The notes under the pieces are model-generated. The model was given only the letters and a program-made list of their open reading frames with translations. It was not told the origin of the DNA and made no database searches. DNA of 63,498 nucleotides from Cirrosporium novae-zelandiae (lineage: Eukaryota): positions 1 to 63,498 of the forward strand of contig JAPETS010000073.1 of assembly GCA_026023565.1 (NCBI GenBank), in the 5' to 3' direction. The translations under genes and the position numbers were made by a program. This document shows, piece after piece, positions 34,665 through 47,000 of the stretch (positions are counted from its first letter, which is position 1; each line of letters begins with the position of its first letter).

Positions 34665-34964
34665 GGGTGTCTAGTTGTAATTGTAATATTACAGGGCACA
34701 TGGAAAGTCCTTCGCTTGTTAAGTATATATATAGACTGAAAATTTACTTTTTAACTAGATATAAAAACCAAAGCCTTGGTTATTAGAAGAAACTTTAATT
34801 TACAAATTTATATATAAATATTGGCTTTGTTTTTTTTTAGCATGAGGATCACAGCCTAAAATTAGTCTATAAATTATAAAAACCGCGAGCTTTCAATCCT
34901 TTACATTGATTTTTTTTAGATGCATTCGTAAAACAAGACCAGGCTTATTTGTATCCAAACACCC
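34665..34964 (+). ncRNA. rnpB: Probable mitochondrial RNase P RNA
   Basis: CR I GGAAAGTC (34702) and CR V ACAAGACCAGGCTTAT (34933) forming P4; terminal gggtgt/acaccc pairing. Confidence 0.75.
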
Positions 34965-36001
34965 CTTAATAAACAGATAGAAAAAAATGAAGTTAGTCAA
35001 AGACAAAAATCAATAAAAAGATCAAAAAATTAGTAGTAAAATACTTTATAGATGGATGGATTCCATCTTTTCTATGAGAGTTGAGTTTGATGATGGCTCT
35101 GAGTGAACGCTGTCCAAATGCTTGACACATGCTAATCGTACGTCTTTGTTTTTAGAGATAAAGAAGTGGTGTACAGGTGAGTATATGATATTCTGGCTGC
35201 CTTAGAGTGAGGGAAAAGAAATCCCTTATAATAAAAGGATATATCAGAGTTCCGCTTTCTTTTCTCCCTTGTATGATGATATCTGAGAAATCCGCTTTAA
35301 GATGTATATTTATATCTCGGGAAAGGTAGTAGTCAAGCTAATACTTAGCTAGCCTGATTCCCGTAGTCGAGACTGAGAGGTTGATCGACCACATTGGATC
35401 TGAAAAAACTCCAATACGTCTAGTACAGCAGTGAGGAATATTGGTCAATAGCCTAACGGGCTGAACCAGCAACTTGGAAGAATGTATAGTTTAATCTAGT
35501 TGCATTAAAGATTCTTTAATGCAACATCGACAGTGTTGAATAAAGTTCTGGGTAGAAGAATGATAATGACAATTTTCTATTCATATGTCTTGACCAATCC
35601 ACGTGCCAGCAGTCGCGGTAATACGTGAAAGACTAGTGTTATTCATCTTTATTAGGTTTAAAGGGTACCTAGACGGAAAATTGCGCCGTAAAAGGGACGA
35701 ATTTTCTAGAGTTTTATGTGAGGGGGTAGTATTTTTGGAGTAGAGATGAAATGTTATGATACCAAAAAGACTGGTGTAGGCAAAAGCAACCTTCTATGTA
35801 AAAACTGACGTTGAGGGACGAAGGCCCGGGTAACGAATAGGATTAGATACCCTAGTAGTCCAGGCAGACAATTCTGAATGTCATACACTAGAGTTTACTT
35901 TAGTGTATAAATGAAAGTGTAAGCATTCCACCTCAAGAGTAACGTGGCAACGCAGGAACTGAAATCATTAGACCGTTTCTGAAACCAGTAGTGAAGTATG
36001 T

Positions 36002-37900
36002 GTGCGACGTGAAAGCGGATAATAGCAATGCGGTTCGAAGCCGCTAAGCCCGTTCTAGGCTTAACGCTAGTTGGACGTGCATATCAGCAATGGTGTGTTC
36101 GAAGCTCCAATGACAATGTAGCCCTTAAATGTAAGATTATTATAAGACTAAATAGTAGTTTATGTTAATCTTTCAGGGAGCTAGCGTGTATAAAATATGG
36201 GGAGCGAAAGCAAAGATAACCACGACGTTCCGTACTACTGGAATAAATTACTGCGGATTGGGGAAGATTTGACATACTAATCTTTTAATAGAACCATAAA
36301 ATCCGCCGGAGTAAAGTTATCCTCCTAAGTTTTAATTGGATGTGTTATTATCTGAACACGGTAAACCCTTATTTCTCCTAGGTAACAACCTTATTATAAG
36401 TGACCCTTTATAATACTATAAAGTTTATCTGAATAAAGGAGGTTATAAGGAGGCGTTCTATATTCATAAAAGAACGTATCGGAATGAGGGTAAAGGAGAA
36501 GTTAAAAAGCGAAAGCCAAAAGTGGGTAGTTTTTTTTGCCTCTGGGGAAAAACTCTAAACACTTTGGATAAAGTTTTAATTAAGAAAAACATAATTTACC
36601 ATAGAGATGTCTATGGTGTTACTCATGAAGTAAATTTTTATATATTACAAAAAAAAAATGAATAAAAAATTAAATAATAATACACTTATGCCTTGATACA
36701 TTACAGGCCTTGTAGATGGGGAGGGAAGTTGAGTAGTTTCCATAAACAAAGCTCCAAAGCGTCGATTAGGATATATCGTTACTGCAAGTTTTGAGTTAGG
36801 TTTAGATAATAAAGATCTAAATCTTTTAAAAGGCTTGCAAGCTTATTTTGGAGTAGGTGGTGTGTATAAAAATGGTCATGACATGGTTCGGTTTAAAGTT
36901 AGCTCTGTTCAAAGTTTAGTGGAAGTTATTATTCCTCACTTTGATAAGTATCCTTTAGTTACTCAAAAAAGAGCAGATTTTGAGCTATTTAAAAACATTA
37001 CTGCCATTATGTCTAGAGGACCTATTACACTCGAAGGTTTACAAGAAATTGTCAAACTGAGAGCCTCTCTTAATAGAGGATTATCTCCTGAACTATCTAC
37101 AGCTTTTCCAGGTATTATTCCCTTTAAAAGACAGTTCGTTAAGTTCGTAGGAATACCTGACCCTCTTTGATTAGTAGGATTTACTGATGCAGAGAGTAAT
37201 TTCGATATAGCTTTATACAAGAGCCCTAAACTTAATACAGGAAGGGCAGTAAGGTTAGGTTTTTCTATAGCACAACATTCTCGAGATAAAGATCTATTAC
37301 AGGGTGTTGCCGAGTTTTTGTCTTGTGGTTCTTATGTTCAACGTAAGGATAAACAAGCTGGAGACTTTAAAGTTTTTAAAATTAAAGATATCACTCAAAA
37401 AATTATACCTTTTTTTCTAAAATATCCTCTTATGGGTTCCAAATCTTTACAATTTAATACTTTCCGGCTTGTGGCAGAAATCGTTGAAAAAAAAGGTCAT
37501 TTAACTGAAGAAGGAATAAAGACTATACAAGATTTAAAATCAGGTATGAACAACTTAAATAAAATTAAATAGTTGTTTTGTTTTCCTAACCCCCTGTACG
37601 AAGTTACAAAGATGGGGCTTACTACGTAGGAAAATATCAAGCAACAGTAAGTGTTATAAACTTAAAATAAACACCAAAAGTGTAATAGTTCTCTTAATTA
37701 AAATAACTTGACCGAAAGGTAGCTGACTTAATATACGGCAGAAACTGACAAAAGATCCCTTGTATGTTAAAGGCGACTTTGTTTGCGGCGATGACCGCTA
37801 GGTTCATTAAACCAAAGATTTCTGTTTGAGCCGTGTGCGGGGAAACTCGCACGCACGGTTCTAAGAGGGGGAAAGTCCGAGAGGGCCTACCTATCTCGAC
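36002..37900 (+). mobile_element. Group II intron (S952-like position) carrying a LAGLIDADG ORF
   Basis: Starts GTGCG; domain V gagccgtgtgcggggaaactcgcacgcacggttc; ends ctatctcgAC. Confidence 0.93.
36658..37572 (+). CDS. Double-motif LAGLIDADG endonuclease
   Basis: WYITGLVDGEGSW and WLVGFTDAESNF. Confidence 0.92.
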
Positions 37901-38108
37901 TATATAATTCGTCGTTACGCGAAAAACCTTACCACATTTTGAATATTCTTATTACAAGTGCTGCACGGCTGTCTTTAGTTAATGCCGTGAGTTTAAGGTT
38001 ACGACCCTTAATTAACGTAAACCCTTGCTTTATTTATTTTTTTTTTTATAAAGTAGTTCTCCATCGAACAGGAAAGATAATAGGGATTAAGACAAGTCAT
38101 CATGGCCT

Positions 38109-39514
38109 GCCGAGCTTTTTGGGAAATTGCTCAAGTGGGTCGAACTATCAAATTCCGGGGACTCCCTAAAGCTTCTGATACCAAGCTATAGTCGAAAGAT
38201 TATAAGTGGCTGAACTAATTACTCAGGTATGGTAATAAGTCAGAAGATGAATGAAAATGAAATGGGATATCGCGGATCTAAGTCAGAGTTTAAATTCAAT
38301 CTTAAGAGAAATCTTATGTTAAATTCTGTAAAAGAGCAACGAGTAGACGGTAGTTGATACAATTTATCAAGATTGTATTTAAGGTGTACTCTAATGGGTT
38401 TTGAAAGAAACTATCGAGTCAAAATCCCTTCTAATCAAATAAATAAAGCACTATATTCTACTTCAATATCCAAATCTAAATTGAATAGTTGATTTTTAAC
38501 CGGTTTTTCAGATGCAGAAGCATCTTTCTCTATTTTAATACAACACAATGTTAAATATCAAACTAATTGAAGAGTAAAAGCTATCTTTGCCATAGGTCTA
38601 CACAAAAAAGATCTAGCATTATTAGAATCAATTCAATTATTTTTTGGTGTAGGTAAAATCCATATACATGGAAAAAACTCTATCCAGTATAGAGTCGAAT
38701 CGATTAAAGATTTACAAGTAATCATAAATCATTTTGACAAATATCCACTTATAACACAAAAATTGTGTGATTATCTTCTATTTAAACTTGCTTTTGGTAT
38801 TATTAAAAATAAAGAACACTTAACCATCGAAGGTTTAAATAAACTTGTAGGTATAAAAGCTTCTCTTAACTTAGGTCTTACTGATGAACTAAAGGAAGCT
38901 TTCCCAAAAGTTGTTCAGGTTGATAGACCGGAGTATACATTTAAAGGTATTCCTGATCCACAATGAATCGCAGGATTCAGTAGTGGAGACGGAAGTTTTG
39001 GAGTAAAAACTGGTAGCTCAACTACTACTAAATCAGGTAGTAGAGTTCAATTAAGATTCTCAATAGGATTACATATTAGAGACCTCGAGGTAATCAGAGG
39101 TCTGGTCGCTTTCTTTAAATTAGGGGCTTCAAATGTATCTAAAGCCCTGGATGCTAAAGAGGTTGACAATAAATATGTTTATATTAGAGATTACTCCGTA
39201 CACCTTCAAGTTACTAAATTTTCAGATATTCTAAACATGATAGTATTTTTTGAAAACTATTGTATACTAGGTGAGAAAAGCTTAGACTTTTCTTCTTTTA
39301 AAGAAGTAGCCTACATGATTGACAATAAAAAACATTTAACAACAGATGGTTATAATAGAATACTGGATATAAAATCAGGGATGAATAAAGGACGAATATA
39401 GTTATACTTACAACTTCTTGACGTAGACGTACCCACGGGCTTATGTTTATTTAGCACTACGCAGGGGTATGTGAAATTGTTTTATTTATTTGTATGATAA
39501 ATTTGATAGCTATG
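38109..39514 (+). mobile_element. Group I intron (IC2-like, near S1210)
   Basis: Splits catggcct|taatactg; core like cox2 intron 1; ends in G. Confidence 0.88.
38229..39401 (+). CDS. LAGLIDADG endonuclease whose 5' part overlaps the intron core (alternative ATG at 38394)
   Basis: WFLTGFSDAEASF and WIAGFSSGDGSF. Confidence 0.88.
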
Positions 39515-39926
39515 TAATACTGTGGGCTATAGACGTGCCACATATGCCTTTACAAAGGGATGCGAAATTGTGAAATTGAGCTAATCCCCTAAAATTGGAT
39601 AAAATATTAATTGTAGTCTGTAACTCGACTGCATGAAAAAGGAATTACTAGTAATCGTGAATCACCATCGTCACGGTGGATTTTATATCAGTTGGGTACT
39701 AACTACTCGTCAGGCGCCGAAAAAGGTGTGTGCAATAAGTTTGGTTATTATATTCTGAAATTTTAGTTGTTTAGATCTAAATATGTTTATAGGTAATCTT
39801 CGTATGCGTGACCTGGATTGGTGTTAAGTCGAAATATGGTTCGTGTAGTGGAAATTGCACGGAAATTATTGATATTAACAAGATACCAGATAGGTATATA
39901 CAAATTTATTTTTGTATATACCTCAA

Positions 39927-39997
39927 GCTTATACTAGGTGGTCTATTCAAAATATATTTATATTATATTTATTCTGGTTCGACTCCAGATATAGGCT
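39927..39997 (+). ncRNA. tRNA-like element (71 nt) just after rns
   Basis: Acceptor gcttata/tataggc, T-arm tctgg-ttcgact-ccaga, AT-only anticodon-like arm, reduced D arm. Confidence 0.65.
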
Positions 39998-40640
39998 CAA
40001 GATAAAAACACAAAAACATTTAATAAAATTTCTACGGAGTAGTCCTGCTTGTTAAAGCTTCTAAGCTTTTTCTAAGCCGTTTCTTTGGATGGATACTCTT
40101 TGCATACCTTACCACTCCTTTTCTAGCCCCTAGCCCCCAAAATTTTCTTTTTGGGGCTTAGTGCGGAGCTGCGGAGCTGCGAAGCACTTGTTTTTTTGTG
40201 CGAAGCACTTGTTTTTTTTGTGCGAAGTACTTGTTTTTTTGTGCGAAACACAAAAAAAACACTAAAAACACTAAAACACTAAAACACTAAAAAACAAGAG
40301 ACCCCACGGGGGCTAGGGGCTAGATGTAGAGTCTTTTGCTACTTATTCTCTTCTTCTTGCTCCTTATGCAGTTAGCTCATCAGAGTCGCTAGCTAGTTCT
40401 GAAGAAAAAACAACCGAGATACATACTTGTTATTTAATAGGGTTAAGCGAACCCTTAAAAATCTCTTTTTATGGCCACATTTACACTTTCAACTGTTAAA
40501 GACAATAGAAAAAGAAAAACAGACCGTCGTCTTCAACAAGACACTAGCCCCCCTTGTTTTCTCCAGCCCCTTTTTTTATTTTAAGGGGCAAGGAGAAAAC
40601 AGTCCAAGCCCCCACTCGTAGAGTGGGGGCTTAGGGGGCT

Positions 40641-40713
40641 TGGTTCGTGTAGTGGAAATTGCACGGAAATTATTAATATTAACAAGATACCACATTAAAT
40701 ATTTTTGTATATA
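40641..40713 (+). repeat. Duplicated rns 3' end
   Basis: tggttcgtgtagtggaaattgcacggaaattatt(g/a)atattaacaagatacca matches 39837-39888. Confidence 0.93.
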
Positions 40714-40758
40714 AAATACGTCTATTCTTACTAAAAAGATATATAAATTTTAGACATA

Positions 40759-40843
40759 AGGAAGGTTCCGTTATTGGTAAGACGGGTTGAGCTGTAAACT
40801 CAATAGCTTTATGCTTCTGAAGGTTCGAGCCCTTTTCTTCCTA
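40759..40843 (+). tRNA. trnY: tRNA-Tyr(GTA)
   Basis: ttgag-ctgtaaa-ctcaa, long variable arm. Confidence 0.93.
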
Positions 40844-41886
40844 ACTAAAAAAAAAAGACGATGGGATAGTATCTCTGTATAAATCTCTTTTTATTGCACC
40901 CCTCTAGAGGCGAGTCGAGCACTCCCCCCCCCCCTTTTTTCTTGTTTTTTTTTTCTTGTTCTTGCTTAAAGCAATGCACTCCATGAGGATCACAAGCAGG
41001 ATCACTAAAACAAGAAAAAAGACTCTCATCCTAGAACTTTTTTTTTTGGCTTTTTATTTTCGTCTTTTTTTTGTATTCCTTTTCCCCCCCCCCTGCTTCG
41101 CCTGCTTTCGCCTGCTTGCTAATTTTGTTTTTCTGGGCTCCCTGGCTCTGCAGCAAGCCCCACTCTTCGAGTACTCTAGCCCCCCAAGTTTAATAGGGGG
41201 CTAGGGGGGGGCTAGGGGGATATAAATAAAAAACAAAAAAATAAGGGACAGGCGAAGCAAGCAAATCTTGCTTCGCCCAAAGCACCCTTCGGTTTTTTGT
41301 GCTAAAGCATTTGTTAGAACGGATGTCTTTTGCTGCTCCTTCGACTACGGAGTCGAGCCAAAAACAAGCTCTCTTTTTCTGTACCAAAAACACTAAGATA
41401 CTTGCTAACTCCGTAGTGATCCCCCCCTGCAGCGCAAGCATGAAAAAAAAAACAGCAAGCATTACTACTGAGGTAGCGGGAGGCCCGGCTTGTTTTTTTG
41501 TGCGAAGCACTTGTTTTTTTGTGCGAAGCACTTGTTTTTTTGTGCGAAGCACAAAAAAACACTAAAAAACACTAAAAACACTAAAAACACTAAAACACTA
41601 AAACACTAAAAAAAACAACCGCAGGGCTGTTTTTCGAATGAAAAAAAAAAAATAACCAGCAAGCCCACCAACCCCCACCTCTGGTGGGGGTTAGGGCTAG
41701 AGAGGCGGGGGGGGGGGTCCTTCGTATGTTTTTTTTTATATCCTCCCGCTCCTCAGCATTACTGCTGAGGTAGCGGGGGGGGCCCGAAAAAAAACAAGAA
41801 AAACACGCCTTGTTCCCCCCCCCCCCTTGCAGCACGCCTTCGGAGGAATAAAAAAGGGCTCAAGTGAGATTTTTATTTATAATATA

Positions 41887-42591
41887 ATGTTTAAATTATA
41901 CTTGTTATCTGAATTTATTACAAATGGTTATATAGTCGAAGTTCTTGGTTTTATTTCTTTAGTTTCAATATTATTTGGTATTTTGGTTATTACTAGTAAA
42001 AACCCCATAGTGTCTGTTTTGTTTTTAATAGGATTATTTTTAAGCATCTCTTGTTATTTAATTATGTTAGGATTAAATTTTATAGGGTTGTCTTATTTAC
42101 TTGTATATGTAGGGGCTGTGTCTATTTTATTTCTTTTTATTTTAATGCTAATAAATGTTAGAATTTCTGAATTATTAAGTGACACTAGTAACAGTGTACC
42201 ATTAGCTATTATAGCAAGTATATCTTTTTATACTTATATAATTCGAATATTACCAGAAGATTCTTTTGTATATATTAGCAATTATATGAGAGATACTTTT
42301 TTTCTTGCGCTTTGATCCCCCCGCACTTCATGAGGATCACAGGTAGGATCACAGGCTAAAATTTTTTCCTTATATAAAAACTCTGAAATAGCTTTAGTTT
42401 CAACAAATAATTGAGAAGGTTCTCTAGCAGAAACTTCACATATTACTAGTATAGGTAATATAATGTATACTAGTTATTCAATCTGACTTATTATTACTTC
42501 TATAATATTACTATTAGCGATGATTGGGGTTATAACTATCGTGATTAAAAACAGTAAGGACAAGGTTAGTCCCACATATAAATCTAAGTAA
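41887..42591 (+). CDS. nad6: NADH dehydrogenase subunit 6 with an in-frame GC insertion near 42305-42357
   Basis: SKNPIVSVLFLI, LVYVGAVSILFLF, IGNIMYTSYSIWL. Confidence 0.95.
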
Positions 42592-43221
42592 TAAAGAAAA
42601 TTTCCTAACTCCGTCGTGATCCTCTTGCAGCGCAAGCATGAAAAAAAAAAATAGCAAGCATTACTGCTGAGGTAGCGGGGGGATATAAAAAAAAGCAGTA
42701 ACGGAGGGGGTTTCCTCTCCCTAGCCCTAGCCCCCAAAGCCCCCACTCTACGAGTGGGGGCTTGGGCTGTTTTCTCCTTGCCCCTTAAAATAAAAAAAAG
42801 GGGCTGGAGAAAACAAGGGGGCTTATTGTTTTGCACACCCCCATTCTGTTTTTTTCCTGTTTTTTTTTGCGGATTATAAAAACAAGAAAAAACACAAGCA
42901 CTTGTTTTTTGTGCGAAGCACTTGTTTTTTTTGTGCGAAGCACTTGTTTTTTTGTGCGAAGCACTTGTTTTTTTGTGCGAAGCACAAAAAAACACTAAAA
43001 ACACTAAAAACACTAAAAACACTAAAAACACTAAAACACTAAAACAATACAAAGCACAGCAGTAAAAAAAAATCCTACTGCTTGCTAATTTTATGCTTGC
43101 GCGCTGATTCCTTAAATTCGTAGGCTTGTTTCACCTAAGGCCCCTCCCTTAATTACGTAGGTTAGCTTTGCCTTAAACGTTCTTTTTGCTAACACGAAAA
43201 CATCCCAAACTATCATTTTAT

Positions 43222-43293
43222 AGTGTGTTAGTTTAATGGTAAAACGTTGTGACACGGACACAACGAATACAGGTTCAAGTCTTGTACACATTT
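43222..43293 (+). tRNA. trnR: tRNA-Arg(ACG), with atypical A32/C33
   Basis: ttgtg-acacgga-cacaa; complete cloverleaf. Confidence 0.82.
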
Positions 43294-43812
43294 GTAATAA
43301 ATTTAGATATTGTATCAAATTTAAAATAATTCTGATAATATAATTACCAATTTAACTATTTTTTTTTTGCTTCTTGGGGCGAAGCATCCTAACCCCTCCC
43401 CCCTAAGCCCCCACTCTTCGAGTACTTTGGGGGGATTACAGCCCTCACAGTTTAATTTCTGCAATGTCCCACCTTAACTTCGGTTCCTGAACTTCGTAGG
43501 TTTACTCCGTAGTAAAAGTTTCTTAGCTTATAACTCTAAGCCCCTAAAAAAAAAAAGGGGCTTAATAAACTAGTCTTGCTGTTTTTTTTTCTAATTTTTT
43601 TTTTCGGGCCCCCCGCTCCTCAGCAGTAATGCTGAGGAGCGGGGGGGGATATAAAAAAAAAATAAGCGCAACCATGAAAAAAAAAACAGCAGGGGGGGCT
43701 TGTTTTTTGTGCGAAGCACTTGTTTTTTTTGTGCGAAGCACTTGTTTTTTTGTGTGAAGCACAAAAAAAACACTAAAAACAATAAAAACACTAAAAAAAC
43801 AGGGAGGTAGTG

Positions 43813-43884
43813 AAGAAATTAGCTCAACGGTAGAGCAACCGTTTTACACACGGAAGGTTAGGTGTTCAAATCACCTATTTCTTA
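43813..43884 (+). tRNA. trnV: tRNA-Val(TAC)
   Basis: Cloverleaf, loop tttacac. Confidence 0.94.
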
Positions 43885-44073
43885 GTCCATTTTTCATCTT
43901 CTGGTGTGTAGCTCTTTCTTGTTTCTTTTTTTTAGCAGGAGGATTACAGGCTGGGTGTTTCGCCCATTTCGCTTCGCCTGTGATCCTCGGCGAAGCGCAG
44001 AAAAACATAAACACAGAGGTGCATTCTTTTTGCTGCATAGATGAAATCTATAAATATGGATAAAAAAAAAATA

Positions 44074-47000
44074 ATGACAAATTTAACAAGAAGTAATTTC
44101 CAAGCCCACCCGTTTCATTTAGTTTCACCTTCTCCTTGGCCTATATATACTTGTATTTCATTACTTACTTTAACAACTTCAGGTAAACCTTTTAATATGC
44201 CTGTTTCAAACCAAGCTATATGCTGGGAACTCCTAGGACTTCTGATAACACTAGGATTATCAGCAGGAAACCTATTAAGTCTGTACTTTTTAGGGATCTT
44301 CAGAGACTGTACGCTTGAATTTCTCTTTTGTGCTGCTTTGGTGTTTGTTTTTACATTGTTTTCTATGCTGGCTAATTTTTTATATAAAAAACAAAATAAA
44401 GCCACATATTTTGTTTTATTTAATAAAATACCAGAAACATCAGTTGATAATTCTGATAAGGACACTACTTGTTTTGTTAGCTCTTCGTGTTTTTCTTTAG
44501 AAAAACAAACCAAAGGCTGTGATATAACAAGTAATAATATCCCTTATAATAGAAATACTAGTATGCTTTCGCATTACTTAGCTGGCTTAATTGAAGCTGA
44601 TGGTACGATAATAGTACCTAAAACTGAAAGATCGCCCAAAGGTAGATTATATTACCCTTTTATTCAAATTTTGTTTGATTCGCGTGATATGTCTTTAGCT
44701 TTAATGATTCAAAGCACTTTAAGCCATGGTTCTTTATCTAAAAGAAAAGGAGCTAATGCTTATGTTTTGACTTTTAATAGTAAAGCTAGTGTTCTATTAA
44801 TTGTGTCTTTAATAAATGGAAACATGAGAACTCCTAAAATTAAAGCATTACATGCTTTAATTGACTGAATAAAAGTATCAGGATATGATAATACATTTAT
44901 TCCTAAATTGCCTGTAAATTCTGAACCTCTGGCCTCTAATCCATGATTAGCGGGATTTACGGATGGAGATGGCCATTTTACGGTCAGAGCTGCTTCTTCA
45001 AAAACTAAACGAAGCTACCCTGTAGTTGAATGTAGATTTGAAATAGTACAGAGACAAATATATCACAATGGTTTAAGTAATTATGATTTTATGTCTGAAA
45101 TAGCTGAATTTTTAGGTACTACACTAGGTGTTACAAGAGGTGATTCAGATCATCCTCAATACAGAGTCAGAACTCTAAATTTAGCTAGTAACATATTAGT
45201 GTCAAACTATTTCACTAAATATCCACTATTTAGTAGTAAACACTTGAATTACTTAGATTGATTAAAAGTATTAGAGCTTAAAAAAGCAAACTTACTTCAT
45301 ACCGGGGATGTAAATTATTTAAACAATGTAAGACAAATAAAAGAAGGCATGAATAACAGAAGAACTCTTTTCTTCTGAGATCATTTACAAGGCTTTTACA
45401 AATTAGAGAAATAAGATTTAGTCCTACCCAATACGTAAGTGTTGGCATATCTACCCTAAATGTGTTTAGTTTGGCAGCTTAATAATTAAGTGTTTGCCAA
45501 CTAATACTCTTTTTGAAGCCAGGTTACCGTATTATTCTATATTAAGTATGGACTTAAAATACTAACTTGTTGCTATGGGAGTCCATCCAGTAGATAAAAA
45601 AATCTTTGGTATTAACAATGCATGGTTTTACTAACGCATATAATTGTTTTTTCTTAGCTTTAATTTCCCTAGTAGGTTCTATGACATTCTGATTCCGTGA
45701 CATAATCTCAGAGGGTACTTCGAATTTTATTCGTAACACGAAATCTATTTATAATTTAAATATTGCTAAAGCTCTTACACCTGAAGAAATAAAAGTAGCT
45801 TTAGATAACTATAAAAAAGATGCTAATTGCTCTAGGTTATATATTGAAAATAATTTAGGTCATTATTTAGCAGGTTTATTAGAAGGCGATGGCCATATTT
45901 CTATATCAGCTCTTGGTAACTCCACATTAAATAGAGTTCTTAATCCTAGAATAGTGTTTACTTCACATATTAATAATTTAGGTGTATACGCATTTATTCA
46001 AGCAGAGTTAGGTAATATAGGACGTTTTCAAACTTCAGGTGTTAATGTTGTTCGTTATATTGTCGGAGATATAAAAGGTGTTTTATGTATTATTGATTTA
46101 ATACACGGTAAGCTTAGAACACCTAAAAATATAAGATTTAATGCTTTAATTAATATTATGAACACTAAATATTCTTTGAATATACCAGAAAGTTCATTAG
46201 ATATGACTGATTTTTCAAACAATAGTTGATTTACAGGTTTTACTGAAGCTGATGGACATTTTGGTATTAAGATTGTTGAAAGTAAACCTAAATCAGAAAC
46301 ACGTAAGAGATCTGTTAGTGAAAACATTAGTCTTAAATTTAGACTGGATCAACGTTTATACGATAAACCTACATCAACTTCTATGAAGCCTTTTATGGAA
46401 AGATTGGCTTCTTTTTTAGCTTGTAATCTTAAATCCTATATTAATAACACAAAGTCAGAGGTATTATCTGTAAGTGTATCATCTATGGATAATATAAAAC
46501 CTCTTATTGATTATTTTAATATATATCCTTTATTAGGTGTTAAGAATTATGATTATAAACAATGAAAAATAGCTTATAATATGATGGTATCTAAAGAACA
46601 TCTTACTAAAGAAGGAAGATTAAAAATTAGAGCTTTAAAAGCAAAAATAAAAAATTATAAATAAGAATTTTAGACAATTACCTAAGAGTGCCCTCTTAAA
46701 TTTTAACTGTATGCTGGAAACTTTTTGAATAATCAGCAGGAAACCAACGGATGTATAATTATCCCAGTAGGATCTTCAGAGACTACACGTTAAATTTTAA
46801 TACGTTAAATAGCAATATGCTTAACCTATTAATAAAGATATAGTCCAACAAAAAACAAAATTTTGACTTATTTAGGTAACCATACCCTCTCTGTACAGAG
46901 AGGTCTAAACATGGGTGTTGCTTTATTTATAGCATCTGAGGCCTTATTTTTCCTAGCTATATTTTGAGCTTTTTTTCATAGTGCTTTATCTCCAACTGTT

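Larger units (their letters stand above)
35070..39870 (+). rRNA. rns: Small subunit rRNA with two introns (ends approximate)
   Basis: gagtttgatgatggctc, gtgccagcagtcgcggtaatac, gattagataccctagtagtcc, terminal helix gtgtagtggaaattgcac. Confidence 0.95.

Noticed and set aside
41490..41610. Palindromic repeat arrays resembling CRISPR
   Set aside because: The spacers are short, near-identical T runs, there are no cas genes, and the context is mitochondrial.
40956..43791. Many short ORFs such as MLRTKKQVLRTKK and FFVRSTCFF
   Set aside because: They are translations of dispersed repeats; the same applies near 1906, 10431, 11063, 14546, 50293 and 62875-63443.
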